This document shows, piece after piece, positions 45,735-55,479 of a stretch of DNA of 64,000 nt. The notes beneath the pieces were generated by a model, which worked only from the letters and a program-made list of their open reading frames with translations, was not told the DNA's origin and did no database searches. The stretch lies in assembly GCA_041750195.1 (NCBI GenBank), contig JBGSZX010000031.1:148669-212668 (forward strand). The letters run 5' to 3'. A program made the position numbers and the translations under genes. How positions within the stretch are numbered: the stretch's first letter is position 1; every line of letters starts with the position of its first letter. This DNA comes from Bdellovibrionota bacterium. Lineage in GTDB: Bacteria > Bdellovibrionota > UBA2428.

Positions 45735-46497
45735 GGTTAATTTTTTTGAAGATTTTCATAAATCTATTTTTTCTGACTTGGTTTATTTTCGCTGCATTCC
45801 AGGAGGCCAGCTAAGCGAATCCCAAAGTTACGGCGTCTATAGGACAGGTTATTATGCCAGAGCGACAGAAGCTTTGGGGGAAATTTATGAAACGACCTGG
45901 CGCTACTTGGGGGACGAAGATTTTTTTGCTCTCGTGGAAAAATATGTAAAGGCAAACCCCTCAATGAGCCCAAATCTGGCTGAGTGGAATTACGCTTTTA
46001 TGGATTTTTCAAAAGATTTATTCCACGATGATGAATTGCTTTCAGATCTTTTAACAATCGATGAGACTTATCATAATAAATTTCATTCTAGTGGCGAATA
46101 TTTAAAGACAATTGTTGACCCTTTGGATGAGGCGATGGCGCCCTTGTTGGGCCTTGTTGTTTGCGATGGCCAAATCCTGAAAGTTTCTTACAAAGCATTG
46201 TCGGTCTGGTGTGAATTGTTTTCAAAAGATATTTCTAAATTTGATTTGGAGGAAAATTATTCTTCTTTGCTGTTATTTAGAGCCCCTTCTTCGAGCGATC
46301 CGCATACTATGAATTTTCAAAGTTTAACTCTTGGGTCTGAAAAATTGCTGCGGATGCAAAAACATTTTTTTGGAGATTGGCGAAAAGTTTTGGAGAACTG
46401 GGAAGCTGTCAATGACTTTGGGCCTGAGTTAAATGAAAATGATTTGAGTTCTGCCGTTTCAGAGCTTCTTAGAAAAAAAGTTTTTCAAATTTTATAA
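45727..46497 (+). CDS. DUF2063-family MNIO partner protein (TglI/BufC-like)
   Basis: N-terminal DUF2063 pattern YGVYRTGYYARATEALGEIYETTWRYLGDEDFFALVEKYVKANPSMSPNLAEWNYAFMDF. Overlaps the MNIO gene by 8 bp. 256 aa. Confidence 0.75.
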   Translation: MAKVNFFEDFHKSIFSDLVYFRCIPGGQLSESQSYGVYRTGYYARATEALGEIYETTWRYLGDEDFFALVEKYVKANPSMSPNLAEWNYAFMDFSKDLFHDDELLSDLLTIDETYHNKFHSSGEYLKTIVDPLDEAMAPLLGLVVCDGQILKVSYKALSVWCELFSKDISKFDLEENYSSLLLFRAPSSSDPHTMNFQSLTLGSEKLLRMQKHFFGDWRKVLENWEAVNDFGPELNENDLSSAVSELLRKKVFQIL

Positions 46498-46511
46498 CGG
46501 AGACTCTGATA

Positions 46512-46958
46512 ATGGCACATAAAATTTCTAAAGAGGTTTCACTTTTACTTGAGATGCCTCACGTGAAAAATTGGAGACTTCTCATGGGAGCGTTTGACCG
46601 TGTACGACGTGAAATCGAAATTGAGTTGAGCGCCAATGGGCTCAGTATTTCCCGTTTTCAAGTTTTGTTTCTACTATACACCGAAGACTTTATGGCTCCC
46701 GTGGAAATTGCAAAGAGAATGCTTGTCACGAGAGCAAACATCTCGACGTTTTTAAAGCGTATGAAGACTGATGGATTAATTATAGAATGCCCAAACTCAA
46801 AGTCCTCTAAACGACCCTGTTTTAGGCTGACTCAGCAAGGTATCAAGGATTTTGAAAGCGTCTTTCCAAAACATGTTGATGTTTTAAAGAAATTTGTGCC
46901 TGCGTTTTCTCAAAAAACCAATTTAGAATTACTTGCCATAGTTGAGCGCCACCGTTGA
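46512..46958 (+). CDS. MarR-family transcriptional regulator
   Basis: Winged-helix region LSISRFQVLFLLYTEDFMAPVEIAKRMLVTRANISTFLKRMKTDGLIIEC..KRPCFRLTQQG. It is the last gene of the same co-directional run. Confidence 0.55.
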   Translation: MAHKISKEVSLLLEMPHVKNWRLLMGAFDRVRREIEIELSANGLSISRFQVLFLLYTEDFMAPVEIAKRMLVTRANISTFLKRMKTDGLIIECPNSKSSKRPCFRLTQQGIKDFESVFPKHVDVLKKFVPAFSQKTNLELLAIVERHR

Positions 46959-48152
46959 GTGAAATGACATTCCTTCAATAAAACAATCTTCGTCAACGTC
47001 AAATCGAGGGTCGTGGCACATATGGCAAATGCCTTTTTCGTCATTCCAGATTCCCAAAAACCCAAAACAAGCAGGAATTTTTTGGGAGTAGTAACCGAAA
47101 TCTTCACCTCCCATAGTGGGTGATGCGGGCATAATAATTTTATCTTTTTCAAAAATATCTTGAGCGGCCCTATAGGCAACCTCTAGAGCTTTTTGGTGAT
47201 TGAAGGTGACAGGATAGCCTTCAAGATATTCTATTTCGGCATTGGCCCCCATGGCCTCACAAGTTTTTTGTACTAATTCTTCGAAACGCCTGCGTAAAAG
47301 CTTTTGGACCTTTGGGTTGAAGCTTCTTATGGTTCCATGAAGAAATGCTTTTTCTGGGATCACATTATGAGTGCTTCCAGCATGAAATTCAGTAATGGAA
47401 AGAACGGCTTGATCGTTGGGATTTACATTTCGAGAGACAATGCTCTGAAGGTGGTTGACAATTTGCGCTCCAATAAGAATGGGGTCAACACAGAGATGGG
47501 GTTCGGCAGCATGACCGCCTTTCCCAGTTATAAATATTTTAAATTCATCCGGTTGCGCCATGGCGGGTCCATCGCAAAGCCCAAAAGTTTTGCTTTTAAG
47601 ATCGGGCCACACGTGCAGACCAAAAATCATGTCTACATTTTCCAGGACACCATCTGCGATCATTCCTGGAGCACCTCCTGGAAGATTTTCTTCGTTTGGT
47701 TGAAAGATAAATCTTACGTTGCAACGCAAGTGATCTCTGAGATCACTAAGAATCTTGGCTCCACCAATGAGCATAGCGGTATGGGCGTCGTGACCACACA
47801 TATGGGCGGCACCGGGAACCGTAGATTTGTATTCACAGCTGCCTTCTTCTTGCATGGGGAGGGCATCCATATCGGCACGCAGTGCTATTATGGGAAATTT
47901 AGGGTCAACAATCAAATCAGCAACGACACCGGTTTTTCCAACATGCTCTCTAACGGTGAGGCCTAATTTTCGACATTCATCGGCAGCAATTTTTGCCGTT
48001 CTTTGAACCTCAAATCCGATTTCCGGATTTTTGTGAATATCTCTGCGAATATCGATGATATTTTGGTGGTGAACCTTGGCTAATTCTAAAATTTTTTGCT
48101 TCAACTTAGACATCTTTTGTCTAAGTCTAGAGCTGCTTTGGGCGCTTTCCAA
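46929..48152 (-). CDS. M20D-family amidohydrolase (N-acyl-amino acid / hippurate hydrolase-like)
   Basis: HMCGHDAHTAMLIGGAKIL, the metal-binding Asp/Glu/His pattern and overall 400-aa M20D architecture. Confidence 0.8.
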   Translation of the reverse strand: MESAQSSSRLRQKMSKLKQKILELAKVHHQNIIDIRRDIHKNPEIGFEVQRTAKIAADECRKLGLTVREHVGKTGVVADLIVDPKFPIIALRADMDALPMQEEGSCEYKSTVPGAAHMCGHDAHTAMLIGGAKILSDLRDHLRCNVRFIFQPNEENLPGGAPGMIADGVLENVDMIFGLHVWPDLKSKTFGLCDGPAMAQPDEFKIFITGKGGHAAEPHLCVDPILIGAQIVNHLQSIVSRNVNPNDQAVLSITEFHAGSTHNVIPEKAFLHGTIRSFNPKVQKLLRRRFEELVQKTCEAMGANAEIEYLEGYPVTFNHQKALEVAYRAAQDIFEKDKIIMPASPTMGGEDFGYYSQKIPACFGFLGIWNDEKGICHMCHDPRFDVDEDCFIEGMSFHSTVALNYGK

Positions 48153-48219
48153 GGGCTATTCATTTAAGAATTATTTGAGAGGGTCGCCATAACTTCCCGA
48201 ATCGGTTAAGCTCAGTACC

Positions 48220-49167
48220 GTGCGTCATGTTTTCTTCTGTTTGCTTATGATTTTTCAGTTTGCACATTCGACGGAAGTTTATGCAAATGGTGCTGATATT
48301 CCTAAAGATCCCAAATTGCAGATTTTTGATGAGTCGAGCACGTCCGTTTCTATTCATGACTGTAAACTATTTGTACGTCATTTGAATTCGAACAAAAGCA
48401 CCAATGAAAATGCACCAAGAGTTATTGCAATCAATGGCGTCCCGGTGAGTTCATGGGTATATCGGGATTTTGCTATTCGAATAGCAAAAATGGGATGGTC
48501 CATCGATTTACTGGATTTGCCCGGCACAGGACATTCAACGCTAGAGGCTCCCACAAGATGGGGCAAGCAACGTGCTTGTATTGAACAATATTTGAAGGCC
48601 GTTCCTCAAAATTATATTTTAATTCTTCATGATATTTCGGGCCCGATAGTTTTACCGTTTATTGATGAGCTTCCTAAGCTAAGGGGCTTATTTGTTTTAA
48701 ATTCGGTGATCAAAACTTATGGCTTCAAGCCAATTGCCCCGATGAGTACACTTAGAAAACATTTTTTAGGAGATCTCACGATACTTTTTATGGGACGTGA
48801 AAAGTACAAAAATGAAATTAAAAAAATTGGATTAAAAAAAGATGTCGATGACTATTGGCTTGATCAAATACTGACCGACATGAGAGAAGGTGACTCCATA
48901 GGAAGGCTCACCACCATCATGCGAAGCTTCGATAGTTCCAAGTTGCTTGATTCAAAGATTGCCAAAAACATAGCGAGCTTTGAAGGGCCTAAATTTGCTG
49001 TTTGGGGACTGGCCGATCCATCTCTAGGAAATTTATCTTATTATGCAAAAGGGGTTTTTGGTGAAACTAACTATCTAGAAATTCCGGATGCCAAGCATTT
49101 CTTTATGATGGATTTTTCGAGCGAATTGGCAAAAATCTTTGACCAAGTTTTTACAAAATTGAAGTGA
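48220..49167 (+). CDS. alpha/beta-hydrolase fold protein, secreted
   Basis: Signal peptide. ~300 aa with lipase/haloalkane-dehalogenase-like alpha/beta arrangement (…LHDISGP…, C-terminal DAKHFF). Confidence 0.5.
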   Translation: MRHVFFCLLMIFQFAHSTEVYANGADIPKDPKLQIFDESSTSVSIHDCKLFVRHLNSNKSTNENAPRVIAINGVPVSSWVYRDFAIRIAKMGWSIDLLDLPGTGHSTLEAPTRWGKQRACIEQYLKAVPQNYILILHDISGPIVLPFIDELPKLRGLFVLNSVIKTYGFKPIAPMSTLRKHFLGDLTILFMGREKYKNEIKKIGLKKDVDDYWLDQILTDMREGDSIGRLTTIMRSFDSSKLLDSKIAKNIASFEGPKFAVWGLADPSLGNLSYYAKGVFGETNYLEIPDAKHFFMMDFSSELAKIFDQVFTKLK

Positions 49168-49346
49168 GTTGTGATTTTTGAGCGAATCGATTGGAAGGCA
49201 GCCTAAGTTTTCATTGCGCGAGAATGCCAAGATTGCCGCGGCTCTTGTTAAAGCCGTGAATCCCTCTTAATTAACAACATGCTACGCCAAAATTAATCGT
49301 TTCTTAACAAGTGTGGCTAGGACATTTGGGTATACTTGGTAAGCGC

Positions 49347-50672
49347 ATGAAAAGCTTCTTATCTTTGCTATGTTTTTGGCTAGTATGCGCAAGCTTTATC
49401 GGCGCAAGTTATGTGGCACATGCTGCGCCCGAAACTGGGAAATTTTATAATGTTGTCACCAAACTTTCGGGGGCTGTTCCGGCAGATTCGCTGACAACTG
49501 TGAAAGTGAATCTACTTCCAGGTGATCAGCTTAAGTTTGTTGGGTATGGGCCCACCTGGGGTAGTAATAAAACTTTAAAGGTTGAGGTTATTTCTGGGCA
49601 GGGTAGGGGAAATTTGTACTATATTTCTGGGGCGGCGGCCGTCAATGGAACGCTTGTGGCGGCAAAAGCATTGGATAGTAATTTTTCGGGCGCAGCAGCC
49701 GGAGCTCCCTCACAAAATTCTGCTCATAGTACGGACTCAAACGCTAATACTTCCAATAATAGCTCGGCCGTTAACTCCTCCGCAAAACCACAAGGAATCA
49801 CGGCTGCTAAAAATGGTGAGTTGATGAAAACTAGGTCGTACAAAGACGCACAGATGAAATTTTTTGATTTGCAATACAGGTTTAAGAGGGCAATGGCGGC
49901 TAAGGGGCTAATCATTCCTCTAAAAGATGCTACCCCAGGTCTAAGGGAAGCTGTCTTTGAAGTTATGAACAAGTTTAATCCACAGGAACAGGCGATGTTA
50001 GCAATGGTCGGAACCAGTTGGGCCGAAAGTCGCGAATCCTCTGGAAACAGGAGAGATTCGCATGACCCAATTGATAAAGCCAATAAAATATTTACCATGC
50101 ATATGCTGAAGATGAGGAGTGAAGATACTAAGAAAAAATATCTTATCGCTAAATCATATAGAGACAAGGGGACAGCGCTCGGCGTTGTTGGAGCTGTAGC
50201 GCCGGAGGGTGCATTTTCATCCTGGAATTCTGGCTCATTAAATTTTAAGAATATGGTGAATGCTCTTGGGGGATCTGTTCAGGCGGGGTCTAGGGTGTCT
50301 CTTCAGGCGACTGTGAATGCCTATCATGACTATTCAAATTTGGACGTGCAATTGAACGGGTTTTCTGGCCCGCAGGGTGAGCCGGCCCACCATATGATGA
50401 ACCGGACAGAGATTAGAAATCCGGCAGGGACAGTTTCCTGGTCGATCGAGCATGTTATGGGAAAGACATACAAACCAAAGGAACTTGAGCAAGCGATTGA
50501 TGTTGGTGTAAGAGTAAAGGGCTTTTCGATTTCTGTGAGAGATAAAAATGCTAAACTTATAAAAGTTTCGTCGCGAGATATTGATCATTGGCCCGTCTAT
50601 ATGGCATACCAAAAGGCAGGCACGAATATGGCGAATTGGAAAAAACTTAAGCAAGGGCAGGGGCGCTGGTAG
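49347..50672 (+). CDS. hypothetical secreted protein
   Basis: Signal peptide from ATG 49347 (MKSFLSLLCFWLVCASFIGASYVAHA). An Asn/Ser/Ala-rich linker then a globular C-terminal domain. No family recognised. Confidence 0.4.
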   Translation: MKSFLSLLCFWLVCASFIGASYVAHAAPETGKFYNVVTKLSGAVPADSLTTVKVNLLPGDQLKFVGYGPTWGSNKTLKVEVISGQGRGNLYYISGAAAVNGTLVAAKALDSNFSGAAAGAPSQNSAHSTDSNANTSNNSSAVNSSAKPQGITAAKNGELMKTRSYKDAQMKFFDLQYRFKRAMAAKGLIIPLKDATPGLREAVFEVMNKFNPQEQAMLAMVGTSWAESRESSGNRRDSHDPIDKANKIFTMHMLKMRSEDTKKKYLIAKSYRDKGTALGVVGAVAPEGAFSSWNSGSLNFKNMVNALGGSVQAGSRVSLQATVNAYHDYSNLDVQLNGFSGPQGEPAHHMMNRTEIRNPAGTVSWSIEHVMGKTYKPKELEQAIDVGVRVKGFSISVRDKNAKLIKVSSRDIDHWPVYMAYQKAGTNMANWKKLKQGQGRW

Positions 50673-50674
50673 AT

Positions 50675-51226
50675 ATGATTAAAAATTTATTAGCTTTGTT
50701 TGTAATTTTAATTTCGGGCTGTGCAAGTGCCGACAGCCAGAATGCACAAGAAGTACCTGTGGCAAAGGAGCAATCCGCACAAAAGCAATCCGCACAAAAG
50801 CAAACAGTACAAAAGCTTGCAGCTCCGGCATCAAAAGCTCTTAGCGATATCAATGGCTGGGAAATTAGGAGTGGTGACTCAGGTTTGCTTGCTAAGCACT
50901 CAGCTCTTGAAAATGTGGAATTTGAACTAGAAATGTATAGCGGGTTTCCAAAAATCAAAGAATGGAAGATGTTAGCTAATCCGAATTACTATTTGCTCGT
51001 TTATGAAGCTGGTGGAATGGGGACAAGTCACACGGTCATCGTTTGGAAAGCAAAGGTTATAAATATCATTACAAAGACCGAGCTTTTAGACGAGATTTGG
51101 CAATACAAAGATTTAGAGGGAAAACCTGACAAGCAAGTTACTGATCCCGAATGGACCTTCACAAAATCGAAGATATTTATTAAGAGCTCAAGCTCTTCAA
51201 AACCCGATATTTACAGTCTCAATTGA
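50675..51226 (+). CDS. hypothetical lipoprotein
   Basis: Lipobox (LISGCAS). Contains the tandem QSAQKQSAQKQTVQK repeat, then a ~120-aa domain. Starts 3 bp after the upstream stop. Confidence 0.4.
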   Translation: MIKNLLALFVILISGCASADSQNAQEVPVAKEQSAQKQSAQKQTVQKLAAPASKALSDINGWEIRSGDSGLLAKHSALENVEFELEMYSGFPKIKEWKMLANPNYYLLVYEAGGMGTSHTVIVWKAKVINIITKTELLDEIWQYKDLEGKPDKQVTDPEWTFTKSKIFIKSSSSSKPDIYSLN

Positions 51227-51354
51227 TCTCTGATCAATTGCTGCAAGGATGCAATCACCTAAGAACTCACTATGGGGCAATCATAATGAAAACTTCACAT
51301 TTGATTCCCTGAATTATATAGAGAATTTGGCATTATTTACCGAATAGTACTCGT

Positions 51355-53013
51355 ATGAGGAATGGTTCTCAGATCTCGAGATATGGAATTGTAGCTTGTT
51401 TTTTGTTTGTGGCCTTAATGATTCTTAATGCGGGCAACAATTCCCAAGTTAAAATTAATACAAATTCTTTGCCACCAATACTTACAGTGCGTGAGCCGGC
51501 GAGCGCTAACGGTCCTTCGTGCGCTGAAGATGCAAAAACAATAGTTGGCTTAAATGATAGAAACGGTGAGTTTGAGGCAAGCTTGAGACGACTCAAGGGT
51601 AGTTTAGAAAATAGCCGACTGCCCGCTGATGTAAAAAGGGCAATTTACAATGAATTTGAAACACCTCAAAGATCGACTGTTTTTGATATCTCGATTTTGG
51701 GTGATAATGGAAAAGAATTGCGCTTTCACGCTTTTAGAATATTGCACAACAACAAGCGAGGACCCGGAAAGGGGGGAATTCGCTTTGGGCCAGACGCCGA
51801 TCTTTCTGAAGTGAGCGCTCTTTCAATGGGCATGACCTTTAAAGCACCTTTGACAAATCTTCCTCTTGGCGGGGCCAAAGGCGGCGTCCAAATGAATCCC
51901 AAAGTTTTAAGCAATCAAGAAAAAGCAAAAGTTGCCAGAGCATATTTTGGCTACTTAAGCGAGCGAGGACTTGTGGGACCCAAAATTGATGTTCCAGCAC
52001 CAGACATGAATACAAATCCTCAAATAATGGAACTCATGCTTGATGAGCATTTAAGAATACAATTTCAAAAAGGATATTTTAGAGATCCCGAATTGAACGC
52101 AGCATTTGCAAAGACTGCAAATAACGGAAAAGAAAAAGATCCCGAGGCGACAAAATTTGTAGATGCCTATATCGATTGGGCTGAGCGAAGTCATAATATT
52201 GCGGAGCAGTTAGGCACTATCACTGGTAAGGCGGTCGGGCGTGGCGGGTCTAGGGGAAGAACTGAGGCAACAGGGCTTGGTGTCTATTACGTTGCCAGAG
52301 AATACGTTAAAGTAAAATTTGGAAAATCTTCTGCGATTCATCCTATGCGCGGACTTTCAGTTGCCATGCAGGGATTTGGAAATGTTGGCTCCCATGCTGC
52401 AATGTTTTTCAACGAAACAGGCGGGGCTAGCGTTGTGAGGCTTGTGGACTTTGTGGGGGGAGACAAGGCGCCATTTGCTGTCTTTGATGCTGTGGACGCT
52501 AAGTTAGGATTGCCGATCCAAGATATGTTTAGATTTTATCAAAAAAATAAAACCTTAGATGGCTTTAGTCACTTCAATGTAAGCGTTAAAAAAACGTCTG
52601 AGGCCGATGCATTAAATTCTTTTCTAAGTGCCGACGTCGATATGCTGGTACCTGCCGCACTTGGTAATCAGATAAGAAAAGAAAATCAATACCTCGTAAA
52701 AGCAAAGGCGATCATTGAAGCCGCAAACAATCCTACGTCTCCAGAAGCGGAGTCTGCTTTAATTGAGCGCAACATTGATGTGGTCCCTGACATTCTTGCG
52801 AATGCTGGTGGCGTTACTGTGAGCTATTTTGAAATGCTCCAAAACGCAACTTTGGCCCCAAACGAATATTGGAGCGTTGATAAGGTCTTCAGCGAGTTAG
52901 ATGAGCGCATGACAAAAGCTTTTAACGATGTTGCCTATAGAAAATTAGGCAACCCATCACTTACCTGGAGAAATGCGGCTCAAGTGGTTAGTCTAGAAAA
53001 ACTAGCTGAATAG
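51355..53013 (+). CDS. Glu/Leu/Phe/Val-family amino-acid dehydrogenase (glutamate dehydrogenase-like) with N-terminal hydrophobic extension
   Basis: Catalytic Lys box KAPLTNLPLGGAKGGV, NAD(P)-binding region GFGNVGSHAA and C-terminal DVVPDILANAGGVTVSYFE. About 60 extra N-terminal residues include a TM-like helix (YGIVACFLFVALMILNAG). A GTG at 51487 would be an alternative start past that helix. Confidence 0.8.
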   Translation: MRNGSQISRYGIVACFLFVALMILNAGNNSQVKINTNSLPPILTVREPASANGPSCAEDAKTIVGLNDRNGEFEASLRRLKGSLENSRLPADVKRAIYNEFETPQRSTVFDISILGDNGKELRFHAFRILHNNKRGPGKGGIRFGPDADLSEVSALSMGMTFKAPLTNLPLGGAKGGVQMNPKVLSNQEKAKVARAYFGYLSERGLVGPKIDVPAPDMNTNPQIMELMLDEHLRIQFQKGYFRDPELNAAFAKTANNGKEKDPEATKFVDAYIDWAERSHNIAEQLGTITGKAVGRGGSRGRTEATGLGVYYVAREYVKVKFGKSSAIHPMRGLSVAMQGFGNVGSHAAMFFNETGGASVVRLVDFVGGDKAPFAVFDAVDAKLGLPIQDMFRFYQKNKTLDGFSHFNVSVKKTSEADALNSFLSADVDMLVPAALGNQIRKENQYLVKAKAIIEAANNPTSPEAESALIERNIDVVPDILANAGGVTVSYFEMLQNATLAPNEYWSVDKVFSELDERMTKAFNDVAYRKLGNPSLTWRNAAQVVSLEKLAE

Positions 53014-53149
53014 ATCTAGATTTTAATGCTTATTCCAATCTTAACTTGAGTCCCTCGTGTAAATACGGGATCCTAGATTGGTCGCAAGTTCTCTCCATGT
53101 AAGATGAAATCTCTTGTGACATTAATCATTATCAGATTGAGGTTCCTTA

Positions 53150-54067
53150 ATGTATCGTTTTAAAGCCATAGTCTTTTATTCGCTCTTATTCTTTTCGACA
53201 CCTGCATTAAGCAAAGGATCAAAATCTCCCAAACCAGAGGCCGTCCCGCCTCCACCCATAAAGTTTTTAACATCAGTTAATGAGATACAATCTGGAATTT
53301 TAAGGGGCTCCGGCGCGGATGATCTAAGATTTGAATATTTATTAGAGGAACAATTTTCTCATGCACTAGCCGTTTCTAAGGGCTTTGTGGTCTCGCCAAA
53401 AAACTTGATGGACTCGCAATTTGTCATGGATGCGACCATAGTTGGTTTTGAGTTGATTTCTGAAAATGGAGCAAAATTTGGTTTTTCCCCAATAGAAAGT
53501 TTTTTGCCTATAGGAGTAGATTTTGATGTTCATGTAAAGACTGTCTTGCTGACTCTTAAGATGGAGGCCATTGATCCACTCTCAGGAAGAATCATCGCAA
53601 GTGTGATGTCAAAGGCGCAGTACAAAGATAATAAGGCTTCATTTGGACTTAAGTATTTAAATTTTGTGCAGGCATCCTTTGTGTCATCTAGTCAGACGCC
53701 GCTATCTCTTGTGACAGGGACGGCACTTAATAATGGAGCGAATATGCTTTCAGATAAATTGCGAGCTTTGAGATGGCAGGGCCTTGTGACAGATAACTTT
53801 AGGGAAAATGAATGGCAGCTGTTAGAAATCAATGGTGGAGTCGATGTGGGAATAAAGAAGGGAATGTTTTTTGAGGTCTTAGGTGCTGGTGGGTCGTCGC
53901 AGGGTAGAGTGAAGGCGACAGTAGAAGTCTATAGGGTCGATATGACTCGTTCCTGGGCGCGTGTGATAGAGCTAAATCCTGAATGGATGCTCGAGCCTAT
54001 TTCTAATTTTGATTTGGTTTACTATGCGCCAGAAGCTCGGCCAAGTAGTTTATTGGTGACCAGATAG
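53150..54067 (+). CDS. hypothetical secreted protein
   Basis: Signal peptide (MYRFKAIVFYSLLFFSTPALS) and a Pro-rich linker. Weak resemblance to CsgG/LpoB-like periplasmic lipoprotein folds; not assignable. Confidence 0.35.
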   Translation: MYRFKAIVFYSLLFFSTPALSKGSKSPKPEAVPPPPIKFLTSVNEIQSGILRGSGADDLRFEYLLEEQFSHALAVSKGFVVSPKNLMDSQFVMDATIVGFELISENGAKFGFSPIESFLPIGVDFDVHVKTVLLTLKMEAIDPLSGRIIASVMSKAQYKDNKASFGLKYLNFVQASFVSSSQTPLSLVTGTALNNGANMLSDKLRALRWQGLVTDNFRENEWQLLEINGGVDVGIKKGMFFEVLGAGGSSQGRVKATVEVYRVDMTRSWARVIELNPEWMLEPISNFDLVYYAPEARPSSLLVTR

Positions 54068-55426
54068 CTTGACGTTATTATTTTTTATTCCGATATAACA
54101 AAGACATCCAAATAGAGAAAATACGATGGCGAAATATGATGTAAGCCTAATGCCCAAATCGTTTCCAACGCCCTTTCCATAAAGTAAAAGGGAAGGAAAA
54201 ATAAGGTTGGCCAGGGAGATGCCAAGTTTCATGCTTAGTGTTCTTGTTCCGTAGTACATGGCCGTTCTGCTTAGACCTGTTGAGCTTGCAGAGGCATCCG
54301 AAAAGTCGGCAATAATAGCGTTTGGCAATATTCCAAAAATTGCAATGGGGAGGGCCGCAAGCACGACGATGGCATAAGCTTGAGCAATCGGTGAAAACGG
54401 CAAGTTTCCTAATTGGCTGATTAATAAAAAAACAACTGCAAAAATTAAGAAGGCAATAATAAGGGGAGTTTTTTTGCCAATTTTTTTAGCCAAGAAATTG
54501 ATGGGGGCATAAAATACAAAACTGAATGCAAACATTATGAGCATCAATTTCGATAGGAAATCAGCCGGCAGATTAAGCAAGACCAAAATATAGTAACTCA
54601 TCCCAAGTTGAATGAACGTAAGGGAGATCCAGTAAAACAGATCAGAAAACAAGAATAGGCGAAAGGATTTGTCGGCCCAAGTGGCATTTAAAGAACTAAA
54701 AAGTTTCTCCGAGCTTGGAGTAAATGTTGCATACTTTTTTTCATTAATAAAAATAACGGGTAGGAGCATGAAAATCCATGCTGCAATAGAAAACGAAATG
54801 AGGACATATTGAAAGGATTGTGTGGAAGTAAAGCTGAATGATTCTTGTGCCCATGACTGTAAGCTGTAAATTTGGTTACCAATGGCGAATCCCAGAGCCC
54901 AAGTCACTGAAATCCAGGTGCTAATATTAAGTCGCTCTTCTGAATTATGGCCATACTCAGCAATCAGAGCGTTAAAAGGGGTGACGTACAAAGAAAATGA
55001 AACGTAGAAAGCAAAAAGGGTCATTCCAAGCCAAACAATGTTTAGATTTGTGATGCCCGAATCTGGAGGTAAAAATACTAAAAACGATAGTGCTGCTAAG
55101 GGAGTCGCTCCAAGTAGCATAAAGAATTTTCGTCGTCCGATTTTTGATTTGTTTTGGTCCGATAAAAACGCAATGAATGGATCTTTAAAGGCATCAAATA
55201 ATCGTGTGGAAAATGTCAAGAGCCCTAAGATTGTCAAGGAAAAGAAAACGGCTCCTTGGGGAATAAAAGAGGGGAAAATTCCAATGCCCTTTGAATTCTC
55301 AGGAGAATAGTAAAAGTAGGTCAGCAAATTAGCGACTGAAAACGAGGCAATGGACCAGCCCATTTGCCCTAGAGCAAATATGGCCACTAGGTGGAAGGGT
55401 AGTTTTGTTGGAGTAGATGGCGTCAT
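54050..55426 (-). CDS. MFS/GPH-type cation symporter-like transporter
   Basis: 458 aa, 12 TM helices. Long central loop and overall spacing resemble glycoside-pentoside-hexuronide (MelB-like) and MFS_2 transporters. Confidence 0.5.
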   Translation of the reverse strand: MTPSTPTKLPFHLVAIFALGQMGWSIASFSVANLLTYFYYSPENSKGIGIFPSFIPQGAVFFSLTILGLLTFSTRLFDAFKDPFIAFLSDQNKSKIGRRKFFMLLGATPLAALSFLVFLPPDSGITNLNIVWLGMTLFAFYVSFSLYVTPFNALIAEYGHNSEERLNISTWISVTWALGFAIGNQIYSLQSWAQESFSFTSTQSFQYVLISFSIAAWIFMLLPVIFINEKKYATFTPSSEKLFSSLNATWADKSFRLFLFSDLFYWISLTFIQLGMSYYILVLLNLPADFLSKLMLIMFAFSFVFYAPINFLAKKIGKKTPLIIAFLIFAVVFLLISQLGNLPFSPIAQAYAIVVLAALPIAIFGILPNAIIADFSDASASSTGLSRTAMYYGTRTLSMKLGISLANLIFPSLLLYGKGVGNDLGIRLTSYFAIVFSLFGCLCYIGIKNNNVKLSGHQ

Positions 55427-55479
55427 TTATTTAATCTTAATTCGACTGAAAATAGCATACGAAATACAATAAAAAAAGA

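Noticed and set aside
47304-47966. 220-aa + strand ORF
   Set aside because: It is antisense within the clearly homologous M20D amidohydrolase gene.
50770-50812. Tandem ~15-bp DNA repeat (CAATCCGCACAAAAG x2 plus a variant)
   Set aside because: It lies in-frame inside the lipoprotein gene and encodes a QSAQK peptide repeat. It is not a CRISPR-like or regulatory repeat.
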